A stretch of DNA of 64,000 nucleotides from an uncultured Flavobacteriaceae bacterium (GTDB lineage Bacteria; Bacteroidota; Bacteroidia; Flavobacteriales; Flavobacteriaceae). The DNA is taken from NCBI GenBank assembly GCA_964524415.1, contig CAZGDG010000001.1:26032-90031 (forward strand). Direction: 5' to 3'. The translations under genes and the position numbers were made by a program. Positions 49,149 through 59,921 of the stretch are shown here, in pieces. The notes beneath the pieces are model-generated. The model searched no databases and was not told where the DNA came from. It worked only from the letters and a program-made list of their open reading frames with translations. The stretch's first letter is position 1. Each line of letters begins with the position of its first letter.

Positions 49149-50696
49149 TTAGTTTTTTTTGTTTAGCTTTTGTTTTGCAAAATATATAAATCTATTGAGC
49201 AGATCCCTAAAGCCTTGACTAAATATCAATAAAATAACAAAGTACAGAACTGAAAAAACCAAACCAAGTCGTGTCAATTTTAAAAGTAAATAAAACAAAT
49301 TGGTTGATGCCTCTATATTTATCCAATCACTAATAGCGTAAAAACCTATAATGGAGATTGAGAATAGCAGGAAATGACCTAGAAACCCACGCCAATAGAC
49401 CCATTGTTTAAGGTCAAATCCTTTCCAGAACAAGTGATAAGGTCGCCAAATTAAAATGATAACGACTTGACTAATTATTGTCCCTAGAAAAATCCCTATA
49501 ACACCATAATTTATAACAAGAACAATGGAGAATACGAGATTAATAATGCTTTGAACCAGTGGAGCCCATACGTCGCCATAAAGTCCAAAAGCCTGAATAT
49601 ATGTGTCTACTGGAGTTCTAACTTGAAGAATGAAAAATATTGTTATTAATGCCAACAAAACGTAGTGGGACATAAGGTACCTTTTACCAACCCATATAGT
49701 GATTAAATCGTCAAAGCCTAAATAGAGACAAACTGCAGCACAGCCAGCAAGAAAAAAACGTAGGGCCATCATTTCCCAGAATACCTTCATCATATTTTCT
49801 TTATCGTTCTCTGCCACTAAGTTACCAACCCCGGCTTTTGTGCCATTGAAAAATTGCCCAACTAAAGTGTTTATATTGTTCATTATAAGCTGATAGTTCC
49901 CAACAAAAGCAACCGTGGCAGGGTTTATAAAGGAAAAAATGACAATATTATCGGTCCCATTGGATACAAATCCACCAATTTTGTGAAAACTCAATTGTTT
50001 TATTTTAGTTAGTAGTGCTTTGTTGCGCTGCCTGATTTCCTTTGTAGCCTTATATCTAAATATTAGCCACGGATAAGTCATCTTTATCTTTTTCCTAAGG
50101 ATATATATATAAATGAAAGGTGTGGCTAATTCTAAAAATATCCACCATAAGACACTCTCAAAATAAAGGAGTACTAAACATTGCAAGGCTAATCTTAAAA
50201 CAAAGACAGATTGATTTATAGTTACAATCATATAACTTCTTTGATCAGCTTCCATTAAAAACATATGGTATGCAAAAAAGTAATTAAGTAAATTACTTGT
50301 AAGTAGGGCAAAAAACAAAAAGATTATTATACCCAGATTTATATTTGTATTTTGAAATATGTACGGGAAAAAAAGGATAAGGACTAAACCTGCGCCAAGA
50401 AGAAAGAACCCTATGCGCTTGTATAGAAAACCTAAATAACCAATTATCTCATTAATCTTATCTTGATTCTTTTCATAAATAGGTTTGTAAAGTGAAAAAC
50501 CAACTGCAGCACCAATTCCTAATTCTGATAGATTTAGAAATTGTAAAATGCTTTTAAGGGTACCCACAACGCCTATAAAGTCATCGCCTAACACATCTAA
50601 AAAAATGTTTCTAGAATAAAATTGAATAACGATGTACACAAAGTGAAATACCAGTGCAATCCAAGCATTTTTTATTGATAGAGCTAATCTTGACAT
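49149..50696 (-). CDS. wzx: Wzx-type polysaccharide flippase (MATE/MOP family)
   Basis: Multi-TM 515 aa, LNLSELGIG, SLYKP, NGTDNIVI, AGVGNLVAE. Confidence 0.82.
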   Translation of the reverse strand: MSRLALSIKNAWIALVFHFVYIVIQFYSRNIFLDVLGDDFIGVVGTLKSILQFLNLSELGIGAAVGFSLYKPIYEKNQDKINEIIGYLGFLYKRIGFFLLGAGLVLILFFPYIFQNTNINLGIIIFLFFALLTSNLLNYFFAYHMFLMEADQRSYMIVTINQSVFVLRLALQCLVLLYFESVLWWIFLELATPFIYIYILRKKIKMTYPWLIFRYKATKEIRQRNKALLTKIKQLSFHKIGGFVSNGTDNIVIFSFINPATVAFVGNYQLIMNNINTLVGQFFNGTKAGVGNLVAENDKENMMKVFWEMMALRFFLAGCAAVCLYLGFDDLITIWVGKRYLMSHYVLLALITIFFILQVRTPVDTYIQAFGLYGDVWAPLVQSIINLVFSIVLVINYGVIGIFLGTIISQVVIILIWRPYHLFWKGFDLKQWVYWRGFLGHFLLFSISIIGFYAISDWINIEASTNLFYLLLKLTRLGLVFSVLYFVILLIFSQGFRDLLNRFIYFAKQKLNKKN

Positions 50697-50701
50697 CTAT
50701 T

Positions 50702-51640
50702 TCAATTTGACTTTAATGGTCGAACTATTCTAAACAACATTTCTATAAAACCTAAAGGTAAAAGCAAAACCATGACTACTCTCAAATCAAGATTTTTAAG
50801 TTTGAATGCTTTCCTTATTTCGGTTCTTAATTTTTTTCTGTGACTACCATCCTTATCAAATTCGGTGTTTCTGCTTATCATCATAAAATGATCCGTATAA
50901 TAGTATACGATATGCGAATCAAGAGCCATTTGAACTCTCTCATTCAAAGGGATATTTGACTTAATGTAATCAATTATTCTTACAGAAACATCTCGTTTCA
51001 TTTCAGAATAATTACTTCTTATAATACCTATACTATCCCGATTGTAGCGATAAAGAGGACTGTTCAAAAACCCTATCTTATCAATTCTATTCAATACATC
51101 AACGGTATAAAAGGCGTCCTGGTGTATAATATGCGGTATAAACCGCATGTCTTCTATCAGTTTGCTGCGGTAAAGGCGTTTCCACACTTGAAACGCAGTT
51201 GTTCTTATAATGCGCTCTGCTGCAGCATACTTGTCCTCAATATAAAACTTATTATCAAAAACCTTATTTTGATTTTCCGAGTTACGTTCTATTTCAATAA
51301 CGTCCAAGTGATTGTAATTGAGTAAGTTGACCATAATTTCGATCATATCCTCATTTATATGATCATCACTGTCAACAAAGCCTATGATATCTCCATTAGC
51401 ATTGTCTAAACCTGTATTTCTGGCTATACTAGACCCTCCGTTTTCTTGTGCAATTACTTTGATTCTGTTATCTAAATCTTGAAAATGCTCACAAATGCTC
51501 AAACTATGATCGTTAGAGCCATCGTCAACCAAAATAATCTCTAAATTTCTGTAGGTTTGATTTCTAATACTATTAATGCATCGTTCTAAGTAAACTTCAG
51601 CATTATAAACGGGAACGATTATGGAAACAAGATTTTTCAT
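50702..51640 (-). CDS. GT2 glycosyltransferase
   Basis: VSIIVPVYN, IILVDDGS, ARNTGL, FVDSDD. Confidence 0.9.
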   Translation of the reverse strand: MKNLVSIIVPVYNAEVYLERCINSIRNQTYRNLEIILVDDGSNDHSLSICEHFQDLDNRIKVIAQENGGSSIARNTGLDNANGDIIGFVDSDDHINEDMIEIMVNLLNYNHLDVIEIERNSENQNKVFDNKFYIEDKYAAAERIIRTTAFQVWKRLYRSKLIEDMRFIPHIIHQDAFYTVDVLNRIDKIGFLNSPLYRYNRDSIGIIRSNYSEMKRDVSVRIIDYIKSNIPLNERVQMALDSHIVYYYTDHFMMISRNTEFDKDGSHRKKLRTEIRKAFKLKNLDLRVVMVLLLPLGFIEMLFRIVRPLKSN

Positions 51641-51661
51641 CTACAGAATATGTGTCGTTTT

Positions 51662-52558
51662 CTATTCGGTTATTTTAATTCCGGTATCATTCTCAATGAT
51701 TTCCGCGAGCAGTTTTATGCCTTTTTGATTGAGATGATCTTCGTCTGCAAAGTTGTTAGGGTCAGTGATGAGGGTAGAATAGTCTAGATGGTTGTCTAAA
51801 TCCAAGGAGGCAATAAATTCATTTATACGTACCAAGTCTTCCTTTGGACATTCATCTATATAGTACTTATTCACAGGAAAACGAATACCTATGACTTTAA
51901 TTCCGTTGATTTTGCACAAATCAATGAGGGCTTTGTAAGCCGCTACAAATGAAGTATTACCCATGAGGTCGCTATGGTCAGATTTGCCGGTGGCTTCTGC
52001 TATTTCCTTACGTTCTTTGTCAGTTAAACTTGCCCAGTGTTTTTTTTCGTTAGTATTTTTAGCTTTAAAGGAATCATAAACAGAATTTAATACATACCCT
52101 ATAAATCCGTCATTAAATAAGGGAACTCTGTCAGTTATCAAATTGAGTTTGGATGTATTGTAAACATTCAAAGTATCTGTTATGCTTAACATATATGTTC
52201 CTAAAAATGTACTGTTAGAGGAGCCTGTATTGTTAAATAATTGTGGTTCTGTAGCAATAAATACTTGCTTTAGTTCTGGATTTTTCTCTAACATTATCAA
52301 AGTCTTAACATACATTTCATAAATACCGTCTGCACCGAAGGCTAAATTGCCAATATCTGTTGATAGGTCTAAAAGTTTTATTGTCTCTACATGAGAATCT
52401 CCAAGAAAAATCGTTTCAGATTGATTTTCGATGCACTGATTAATTCTTTCTTTATACTTCTGCTCTTGTTTATAAAAGCCGCTATAGTTGTAGAATATGA
52501 TGTTGAGTAATACAAAAGCAGCGATATAAGGAATAAGTTTAACAATAATACTTTTCAT
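51662..52558 (-). CDS. SGNH-like periplasmic O-acyltransferase partner (AlgJ/DltD-like)
   Basis: N-terminal TM, block I FLGDSH, C-terminal FADEDHLN (DxxH); immediately downstream of the MBOAT gene. Confidence 0.7.
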   Translation of the reverse strand: MKSIIVKLIPYIAAFVLLNIIFYNYSGFYKQEQKYKERINQCIENQSETIFLGDSHVETIKLLDLSTDIGNLAFGADGIYEMYVKTLIMLEKNPELKQVFIATEPQLFNNTGSSNSTFLGTYMLSITDTLNVYNTSKLNLITDRVPLFNDGFIGYVLNSVYDSFKAKNTNEKKHWASLTDKERKEIAEATGKSDHSDLMGNTSFVAAYKALIDLCKINGIKVIGIRFPVNKYYIDECPKEDLVRINEFIASLDLDNHLDYSTLITDPNNFADEDHLNQKGIKLLAEIIENDTGIKITE

Positions 52559-52569
52559 AAATCTTAAGA

Positions 52570-54018
52570 TTAAAATTGAAAGTAAATAAAATCTATAGTG
52601 CCATCTGTAGCTCTAAAGAAAATAATTAATACAATTAGAGATAGGTATAATAAAACTCTAATCGGAGCCTTAAAAGCACCAACTTGAAATGAATATCTGG
52701 CATCACGGTTATTAAATTCAAAGATACTTAAGTAAATAAGGCTTAAGATAATTACAAATGGTTTTACAGAGGATCCCATTAATTTTAAGTAAGAGACAGG
52801 GTTTTCTAAAACTGATACCGACAAAATCCCTGATATGTATTCTATGGCATGCCCAAAAGACTCAGCTCGAAAGAATATCCAAGCAAATGTCACTGCAACA
52901 AAAGTGATTAAGATGTTAAAAATTTGCACCAACTTAGGAGGCAAAATTTTAACGGATTTCATGTTTTTGCTATATCCTGTTTGGATAAAGTAAAAAATCG
53001 AATGTAGGAATCCCCATATTATGAATGTCCAATTTGCACCGTGCCAAAATCCACTTACCGTAAATGTAATTATAATATTTACTGACCTTCGAAAACCTGA
53101 ATCAACTTTGCTGCCACCTAATGGGATATAAACATAATCTCGAAACCAAGTAGATAATGAAATATGCCAACGTCTCCAGAAATCTTGAATATTTTCTGCC
53201 AGATAAGGTGATTTAAAATTTTGCATTAAATCAATTCCCATCATACGGGCAATACCAATGGCAATATCGGAATAACCAGAAAAATCACCATAAATTTGAA
53301 ATGCAAATAATACCACCCCAATTACGAGGACGCTGCCAGGATAGCTTTCTGAGTTTTCAAATATCTGGTTGGCATAAAAGGCGCAATTATCTGCAATTAC
53401 AATTTTCTTAAATAAACCCCAAATGGCTTGTTTTGACCCTTCCTTAAATTCATAAAGATTAAACGAGCGTTTTTTTCCAAATTGAGGCAATAGGTGAGAG
53501 GCTCTTTCAATAGGGCCGGCCACCAACTGTGGAAAGAAGGAAACGAAAGTCATAAACTCTAGAAGGTTATTTGTAGACTTCATCTTACCTCTATAAATAT
53601 CTATAGTATAGCTCATAGTCTGAAACGTGTAAAAACTTATTCCAACAGGCAACACGATATTTAAAAAAGCTGGGTTAGATTCAAACCCAAATAAACGCAC
53701 GAAGTCCGAAAAAGACTCTGTAAAGAAATTGTAGTATTTGAAAAATCCTAAAATTCCCAAGTTTACGAGTAAACTTAAGATCAATAGCTGCCTACGCTGT
53801 TTTTTATCATTATTCTGATCAATAGCTTTTCCTATAAAGTAATCGCTCAGGGAACTAATTATAATGAGAGAAAGAAAGCGCCAGTCCCACCACCCATAAA
53901 ATACATAACTTGAAACTAGTAGAAGGGTGTTTTGTAATGTTAATTTATTGTACGACTTGTAATAAATAAAGAATACAATAATAAAGAATACAACAAATTC
54001 AAACGAGTTAAATAACAT
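52570..54018 (-). CDS. MBOAT family O-acyltransferase (AlgI/PatA-like)
   Basis: MLFNSFEF, LPVGISFYTFQ, FFPQLVAGPIER, DFSGYSDIAIG, FWRRWHISLSTWFRDY, SGFWHGA, FIYFQF. Confidence 0.92.
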   Translation of the reverse strand: MLFNSFEFVVFFIIVFFIYYKSYNKLTLQNTLLLVSSYVFYGWWDWRFLSLIIISSLSDYFIGKAIDQNNDKKQRRQLLILSLLVNLGILGFFKYYNFFTESFSDFVRLFGFESNPAFLNIVLPVGISFYTFQTMSYTIDIYRGKMKSTNNLLEFMTFVSFFPQLVAGPIERASHLLPQFGKKRSFNLYEFKEGSKQAIWGLFKKIVIADNCAFYANQIFENSESYPGSVLVIGVVLFAFQIYGDFSGYSDIAIGIARMMGIDLMQNFKSPYLAENIQDFWRRWHISLSTWFRDYVYIPLGGSKVDSGFRRSVNIIITFTVSGFWHGANWTFIIWGFLHSIFYFIQTGYSKNMKSVKILPPKLVQIFNILITFVAVTFAWIFFRAESFGHAIEYISGILSVSVLENPVSYLKLMGSSVKPFVIILSLIYLSIFEFNNRDARYSFQVGAFKAPIRVLLYLSLIVLIIFFRATDGTIDFIYFQF

Positions 54019-54065
54019 ATTACAGCATTGAGGTTAAACTTATGGGGACTGAAGAATGCTATTTA

Positions 54066-55445
54066 TCATTTTCCTATAGAGAAATACTCAAACCCAATAG
54101 CCTTCATTTTGTTTTTATCCAAAATATTTCTACCATCAAAAATAAAAGCTGGTTTTTTCATATTATCATATATCCTTTGCCAGTCGTATGTTTTAAATTC
54201 ATCCCATTCAGTCATTATTGCTATTGCGTGAGCATCCTTTACTGCATCATATGGGTCTTTGTAAACCGTCATAAGCTTTTCATTCTCAGACTCACTACGG
54301 GTATTCAGGTTATTCAAATCTGTAAACATCTGTGCAGGTCTTACTTTTGGATCGTAAACAGACACCTCTGCCTGTTCTGAAAGTAAATGGTCAGTTACAT
54401 AAATAGCAGCCGATTCTCTAGTGTCATTTGTGTCCTTCTTAAAAGCCCATCCTAACATCCCTATTTTTTTACCAGAAACAGTATTGTATAGGGTGCTTAT
54501 CATTTTATTAGAAAAGCGTCTTTTCTGATGATCATTTAATTTAATTACCTGCTCCCAATAATCAGCAACCTCATTTAAATTATAACTTCTGGCAATATAA
54601 ACCAGATTAAGAATATCCTTTTGAAAGCATGAACCGCCAAAACCGATTGAGGCATTTAGAAACTTAGGGCCAATCCTAGAGTCCATACCAATAGCACGGG
54701 CCACCTCAGTTACATCTGCTTCTGTATGTTCACATAATTCCGATATAGCATTAATGGATGAGATACGTTGCGCCAAAAATGCGTTTGCCGTTAGCTTGGA
54801 CAATTCTGAAGACCACACATTTGTTCTTAAGATCTTATCGTCCGGAACCCAGCTTCCGTAAATTTTTGCCAAACTCTCTATTGCCTGCTCAGATTCTCCA
54901 CCGATTAAGACACGGTCTGGATGCAATAAGTCTTGCACAGCCGTTCCTTCTGCCAAAAACTCTGGGTTAGACAAAATGTGAAAATTGACTTCACCGCCTG
55001 TATTGTGCAAAATACTTTTTATTGCTTGAGCTGTTCTTACTGGAAGGGTAGATTTTTCAACAACTATTTTATCAGTTTTGGCAACATCTGCAATATTGCG
55101 AGCACAAAGTTCCACATATTTTAAATCTGCCGCCATTCCTTTTCCCTTACCATAGGTTTTAGTTGGAGTGTTCACTGAGATAAAAATCATCTCGGCTTCA
55201 TCTATACCTTTATCTATATCGGTTGAAAAGAACAAGTTTTTACCTCTAGTCTCCGCGACTATTTCTGCTAATCCAGGCTCGTATACCGGGAGATTTGATA
55301 AATCCAAATCATTCCATGCAGCTATTCGATCTGGGTTAATATCTACAATAGTTACTTGGATATTCGGATTCATTTTTGCAATTACGGCCATTGTAGGACC
55401 TCCGACGTATCCAGCACCAATACAGCATATTTTATTGATTTTCAT
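54066..55445 (-). CDS. ugd: UDP-glucose 6-dehydrogenase
   Basis: Start [61 protein letters not shown]. Confidence 0.95.
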   Translation of the reverse strand: MKINKICCIGAGYVGGPTMAVIAKMNPNIQVTIVDINPDRIAAWNDLDLSNLPVYEPGLAEIVAETRGKNLFFSTDIDKGIDEAEMIFISVNTPTKTYGKGKGMAADLKYVELCARNIADVAKTDKIVVEKSTLPVRTAQAIKSILHNTGGEVNFHILSNPEFLAEGTAVQDLLHPDRVLIGGESEQAIESLAKIYGSWVPDDKILRTNVWSSELSKLTANAFLAQRISSINAISELCEHTEADVTEVARAIGMDSRIGPKFLNASIGFGGSCFQKDILNLVYIARSYNLNEVADYWEQVIKLNDHQKRRFSNKMISTLYNTVSGKKIGMLGWAFKKDTNDTRESAAIYVTDHLLSEQAEVSVYDPKVRPAQMFTDLNNLNTRSESENEKLMTVYKDPYDAVKDAHAIAIMTEWDEFKTYDWQRIYDNMKKPAFIFDGRNILDKNKMKAIGFEYFSIGK

Positions 55446-56029
55446 AAATAAAGTAATTAATTGATAAGATGCTCCGAGCACCCATAAACGTTTTTATTAT
55501 TTGATATATGGCTGCAATCTAAAAATTGCGAACCGTTAATTCTAAAAAAAAAGAGGATAATTGATATAACTGAGTCGAAATAGGAATAGACCTTATCGTT
55601 TCTGACTGAAGCGGATATAAATATTGAATGTGTATTCATAAAATTTGGGGTCTTTTATAAACAAGACAAAAATGACACATTTTATTAATTAGGTACAATT
55701 TAATATATCAACTACTCCTTTTTACGATAAAAGTGAATTGAGAATATTAAAATCGAATTTAATCGGTAAACGGCTTGAGGCAGCTTGCTATAATTCACGA
55801 GGTAGGTTTAATAGCGTCTTTTGAGTAAGTAAAATCTTTATGGTGTTAAATTTAACTTAAGATACATCTAATCGATAAAAATGACCGTATATAATACAAA
55901 AATGATAAAGAAAAGTATATAGGTATTATTTTTCTTACATATAAAATCTTTTTATCGATTATATTAGTATTTTATCATTTATTTTTTATTATTTGCAATA
56001 AATTAATGCCATAAAGAACTAATACCATT

Positions 56030-59000
56030 ATGAGAGCCCCTTTTAAACCTACTTGCTTAACCAAGCAATTCCTTTTTGTACTGATATTATTTACTAGTTT
56101 AATTTCTCTTGCCCAAATAAAAGCATTTCCAACAGCACTGGGAGCAGGAGCTTACGCTAGGAATGATGTCCAATATACCCTCTATGAAGTTACCAATCTA
56201 AACGAAACAGGTCCAGGGAGTTTCTGGAACGGTTTAGGAGATAACCGTATCATCGTTTTTAGGGTCTCAGGAATAATAGATATTCCAAACATTATTTCTA
56301 CACGTTCGTTCAGTAACTGTATAGTACTGGGCCAAACCGCTCCAGCACCTGGTATTACTATTGTAAGTAACGGATGGAGATGGAATGGGTGCGAAAATAT
56401 AGTATTCAGGTACGTAAAATTCAGAACATGGCAATGTAGAGGAGATCTATACGACCCCTGTGGCGTAGATTGTATCGACGTAGTGGGCTTAAACGGCAAT
56501 GTGAACAGTAATATTATTTTTGACCATTGTAGTTTTGCCTTTGGCGGTGATGAGTTTTTGTCATTTAGAGGAGATACACACACGACAACGGTTCAAAATT
56601 GTCTTTTTGCTTATGGAAAAACAGGGATGTTGGCCGGTGATAGTGATGACACATCACGCGGATGGGATTTTTCCATTTTAAATAATTTTTGGCATACCAT
56701 AGGGAAAAGAACACCAAATCCTAATTCTAATGGCCGAATTGATGTCATTGGAAATGTTACCTACAACATTCTAAATTTGGGAATGCGCACAAGCGGGAGC
56801 ATTCAGTTAAATGAAATAGGTAACTATTACAGAAGAGCTGGTGGTCATAGATTAAATTTTGGAGGTGGTGCGACACCGCTAATCCATACGTCTAATAATA
56901 GGTTTGGAAGCACATTAACTGAAAACGGTCAGGACAATTCTGTGATATGGGGAAGTTGGTTAGGAGGTCCTGATCCCCAGCCTAGTGATTTTGTTGCTGA
57001 TCCTTTTCCGCTATTAAATTATACTGATGCTTTGCCAGATGGCGATGATGCATTATTGCAAGTGCAAAACAGGGAACGTGGGGCTAATGCCTATTTAAGT
57101 AATTCTGGGACTCCTGTTTATAGCTTGGATGACTTAGATACCGAGGCTTACGACCAATTTGATAGTGATCAATATTTTGATTGGGACGACGGCACAGGTA
57201 ACAGTACTCAAGCTTCATGGGAACTTATTCCGCAGCGTCAATGGCTTTTAGATAATCAACCTAATTTTGGTGTAGTCGTTAACGAGCATGATCAAAGTAC
57301 GCATACTGGAGTGGTTCCAAATTCATGGATTATTAACCAAGGGTTAGATCCTGCAACCTTCAATCCCTTAGGAAACGATTTAGATTCAATTTACACCAAT
57401 ATAGAAATATATAGTTTTGGAGTAGACAATGCTGAAATCGTTGTAGCAGAAAGCGTTGCGGTTACTCCAACAACAGCCACAATAAACATTCCCGAAACTA
57501 TTGACTTAGACGTGGTTTTTACTCCTGAGGATACAACAAATAAAACAGGAGAGTGGCAAAGTCTGGACGAAAACATAGCCACAGTTGATTCTAATGGTGT
57601 TGTAACGCCTGTTTCTCAAGGAATAGTAACAATTACCTTCACATCTAATGATGGTGGATTCGTGGCTTCGGCTACAATTACGGTTACAAACGAAACCATA
57701 GATGCCCAAGCCGTTGAGGTTAATCCAGATGCAATGACCTTAGATATAGGGCAAACACAACAAGCAACAGTGAATTTTACACCTGCAAATACAACAAACC
57801 AAAATGGAACATGGAGCAGTGAAGATGAAAACATTGCTACGGTGAATCAGAATGGTGAGGTTACTGGTGTGTCTGAAGGAACAACCAACGTAATATTTAC
57901 ATCAGAAGATGGTGGTTTTGCTGATAGTGTAGAAATTATTGTTGCGGACGTTTTCTTTGGGACATATGAACTTTTTAATGCAGAATCTGATGAATTTATT
58001 CAATTTATTACGGAAGATACTGCATTAGATATGGCAGTCATCGGTAACCAGGTTAATTTTAGGGTAATTCCTCAAGGAGGAGATAACAATCCTGATGTTG
58101 AGAGCGTACAAGTACAATGGACTGGCCCAGAAAACGGCGAATTAGTTCAAAGTTTTCCTATTTACTCAGGAATGGCAGACCATTCTGCGGATGGAACTCA
58201 ATTCGATTCCTATTTTGTTTCAGAGGGCACTTACAATTTCACTATCACATTTTGGGACGAAGATAATGCGGAAGGAAATATCGTTTCAGTAGATAATTTT
58301 GCTTTAACGTTTTTTTTAGATAATGGCGTCATTGCTTACGCTGGTAATGACGTCTCAATTTGCGAAGGCGAAGCCGTGACATTAACAGCAACAGGAGGCA
58401 CCAGTTATTTATGGAATACCGGAGAGAATACAGCCTCAATAACTGTAAGTCCAAATACAACTACAACTTATTCCGTTACGGTATCGAATGACTCGGGAGA
58501 TACTGATGCAGATGAAGTCATAGTGACGGTTAATGCAATTCCCATTGCCCAAGTTACAGAAAATCAGACTATATGTTCTGGTGAATCGGTAACTCTAACT
58601 GCTTCAGGCGGTGACACCTATCTCTGGAGTAATGGCGAAACTTCAGCTTCAATTTTGGTTAGCCCTACTGAGGATACGGAATATACTGTGGAAGTAATTT
58701 CTAATGGCTGTTCTTCAACGGCCAATACAACGGTAACGGTTAACGAATCACCACAACTAAGCGTAAGTAACGACACTACAATTATCACAGGTGATAGCGT
58801 CACTCTGACAGCAAGTGGTGCTGAGAGCTACGAATGGAATACTGGAGATTTAACAGCTTCTATAACTGTAAGTCCAAGCGAAACAACAACGTATCAGGTA
58901 ACAGGTTTCTTAGGAACCTGTTCAGCAACTGCAGAGGTTACCGTAACCGTAGAAGAGGTATTTGTTGCTTCAGCCGGCGAAGATCAAAGAATTTGTCAGA

Positions 59001-59899
59001 ATTCAGGAAGCAATGTCGAATTAACAGCTTCTGCAGGAGATAGCTATTTATGGAATACAGGAGAAACAACTCAAACGATTTATGTTAATCCTCTTTCAAC
59101 AACAACCTATAGTGTTACCGTAACCTCTGGAATTCAGCAAGCGAGTGATGAGGTAACGGTTTTTGTTGACCCTAACCCTAACGTTGTCATATCAAATGGA
59201 GATTCTGTTGATATTTTAGATGGTGATTTCATCACCTTATCTGCTTCAGGAGCAAATAGCTATGAATGGAGTAATGGTGCTACACAGCCAAACATTGCTG
59301 TAAGCCCATCGCAAACAACTATTTATGAAGTAAGGGGTTACGTAAATGATTGCTATGATGAAAAGCAAGTAACCGTTAACGTATATCCAGAAGTAGTTGC
59401 CAATGCTGGTGAAGATCAGTTGGTCTGTCTAGGGGAGTCCATAGTTCTTACAGCTACTGGTGGTGATGACTATTTATGGAGCAATGGGGAAACAACCGCT
59501 TCAATAGAAGTATCTCCTAATGTAACAACAGATTATACTGTTACCGTATTTAACGCTATGGATTTTGACGAAGACACTGTTAGAGTAGAGGTTGCGTCAT
59601 GTGATGTTAATGCTGAACTTCCTGGAGACGATATTAACAATGGTAGCTTTAGTTTTGATTTATATCCTAACCCAGCTTCCAGCGTAGTTAACATAAAAAT
59701 TAATGGTAGTTTAGTCGTTTCCAAAATATCGGTGTATGATATCATGGGGAAATTAGTTCTGCAGCAACAAATCGAAAATAATAATCTAAGTCCTTCAATA
59801 ACAAAACAAGTTAATGTCAACACATTAACAAATGGAGTTTATTTTGTTAAAATGGAAGATGGTGTTAACGAGATCGTACGTAAACTTATTGTGAACTAA
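56030..59899 (+). CDS. T9SS-secreted PL1 (pectate-lyase-like) beta-helix protein with 2 Big_2 domains, 6 Ig-like repeats and a type-A CTD
   Basis: AFPTALGAGAYA...VTNLNETGPGS...IIVFRVSGII...GQTAP...DHCSF...DE...RTP. Big_2 motif W.S.DENIATVD.NG.VT twice; six SICxGxxVTLTAxGxxxYxWxxG repeats; CTD LYPNPAS...YDIMGK...GVYFVK...KLIVN. Confidence 0.85.
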   Translation: MRAPFKPTCLTKQFLFVLILFTSLISLAQIKAFPTALGAGAYARNDVQYTLYEVTNLNETGPGSFWNGLGDNRIIVFRVSGIIDIPNIISTRSFSNCIVLGQTAPAPGITIVSNGWRWNGCENIVFRYVKFRTWQCRGDLYDPCGVDCIDVVGLNGNVNSNIIFDHCSFAFGGDEFLSFRGDTHTTTVQNCLFAYGKTGMLAGDSDDTSRGWDFSILNNFWHTIGKRTPNPNSNGRIDVIGNVTYNILNLGMRTSGSIQLNEIGNYYRRAGGHRLNFGGGATPLIHTSNNRFGSTLTENGQDNSVIWGSWLGGPDPQPSDFVADPFPLLNYTDALPDGDDALLQVQNRERGANAYLSNSGTPVYSLDDLDTEAYDQFDSDQYFDWDDGTGNSTQASWELIPQRQWLLDNQPNFGVVVNEHDQSTHTGVVPNSWIINQGLDPATFNPLGNDLDSIYTNIEIYSFGVDNAEIVVAESVAVTPTTATINIPETIDLDVVFTPEDTTNKTGEWQSLDENIATVDSNGVVTPVSQGIVTITFTSNDGGFVASATITVTNETIDAQAVEVNPDAMTLDIGQTQQATVNFTPANTTNQNGTWSSEDENIATVNQNGEVTGVSEGTTNVIFTSEDGGFADSVEIIVADVFFGTYELFNAESDEFIQFITEDTALDMAVIGNQVNFRVIPQGGDNNPDVESVQVQWTGPENGELVQSFPIYSGMADHSADGTQFDSYFVSEGTYNFTITFWDEDNAEGNIVSVDNFALTFFLDNGVIAYAGNDVSICEGEAVTLTATGGTSYLWNTGENTASITVSPNTTTTYSVTVSNDSGDTDADEVIVTVNAIPIAQVTENQTICSGESVTLTASGGDTYLWSNGETSASILVSPTEDTEYTVEVISNGCSSTANTTVTVNESPQLSVSNDTTIITGDSVTLTASGAESYEWNTGDLTASITVSPSETTTYQVTGFLGTCSATAEVTVTVEEVFVASAGEDQRICQNSGSNVELTASAGDSYLWNTGETTQTIYVNPLSTTTYSVTVTSGIQQASDEVTVFVDPNPNVVISNGDSVDILDGDFITLSASGANSYEWSNGATQPNIAVSPSQTTIYEVRGYVNDCYDEKQVTVNVYPEVVANAGEDQLVCLGESIVLTATGGDDYLWSNGETTASIEVSPNVTTDYTVTVFNAMDFDEDTVRVEVASCDVNAELPGDDINNGSFSFDLYPNPASSVVNIKINGSLVVSKISVYDIMGKLVLQQQIENNNLSPSITKQVNVNTLTNGVYFVKMEDGVNEIVRKLIVN

Positions 59900-59921
59900 G
59901 ACAATGTGTCTGTTATTTGGT

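Noticed and set aside
55457..55639. 60-aa ORF upstream of ugd as a leader peptide
   Set aside because: No motif or compositional signal; consistent with a chance ORF in AT-rich intergenic DNA.
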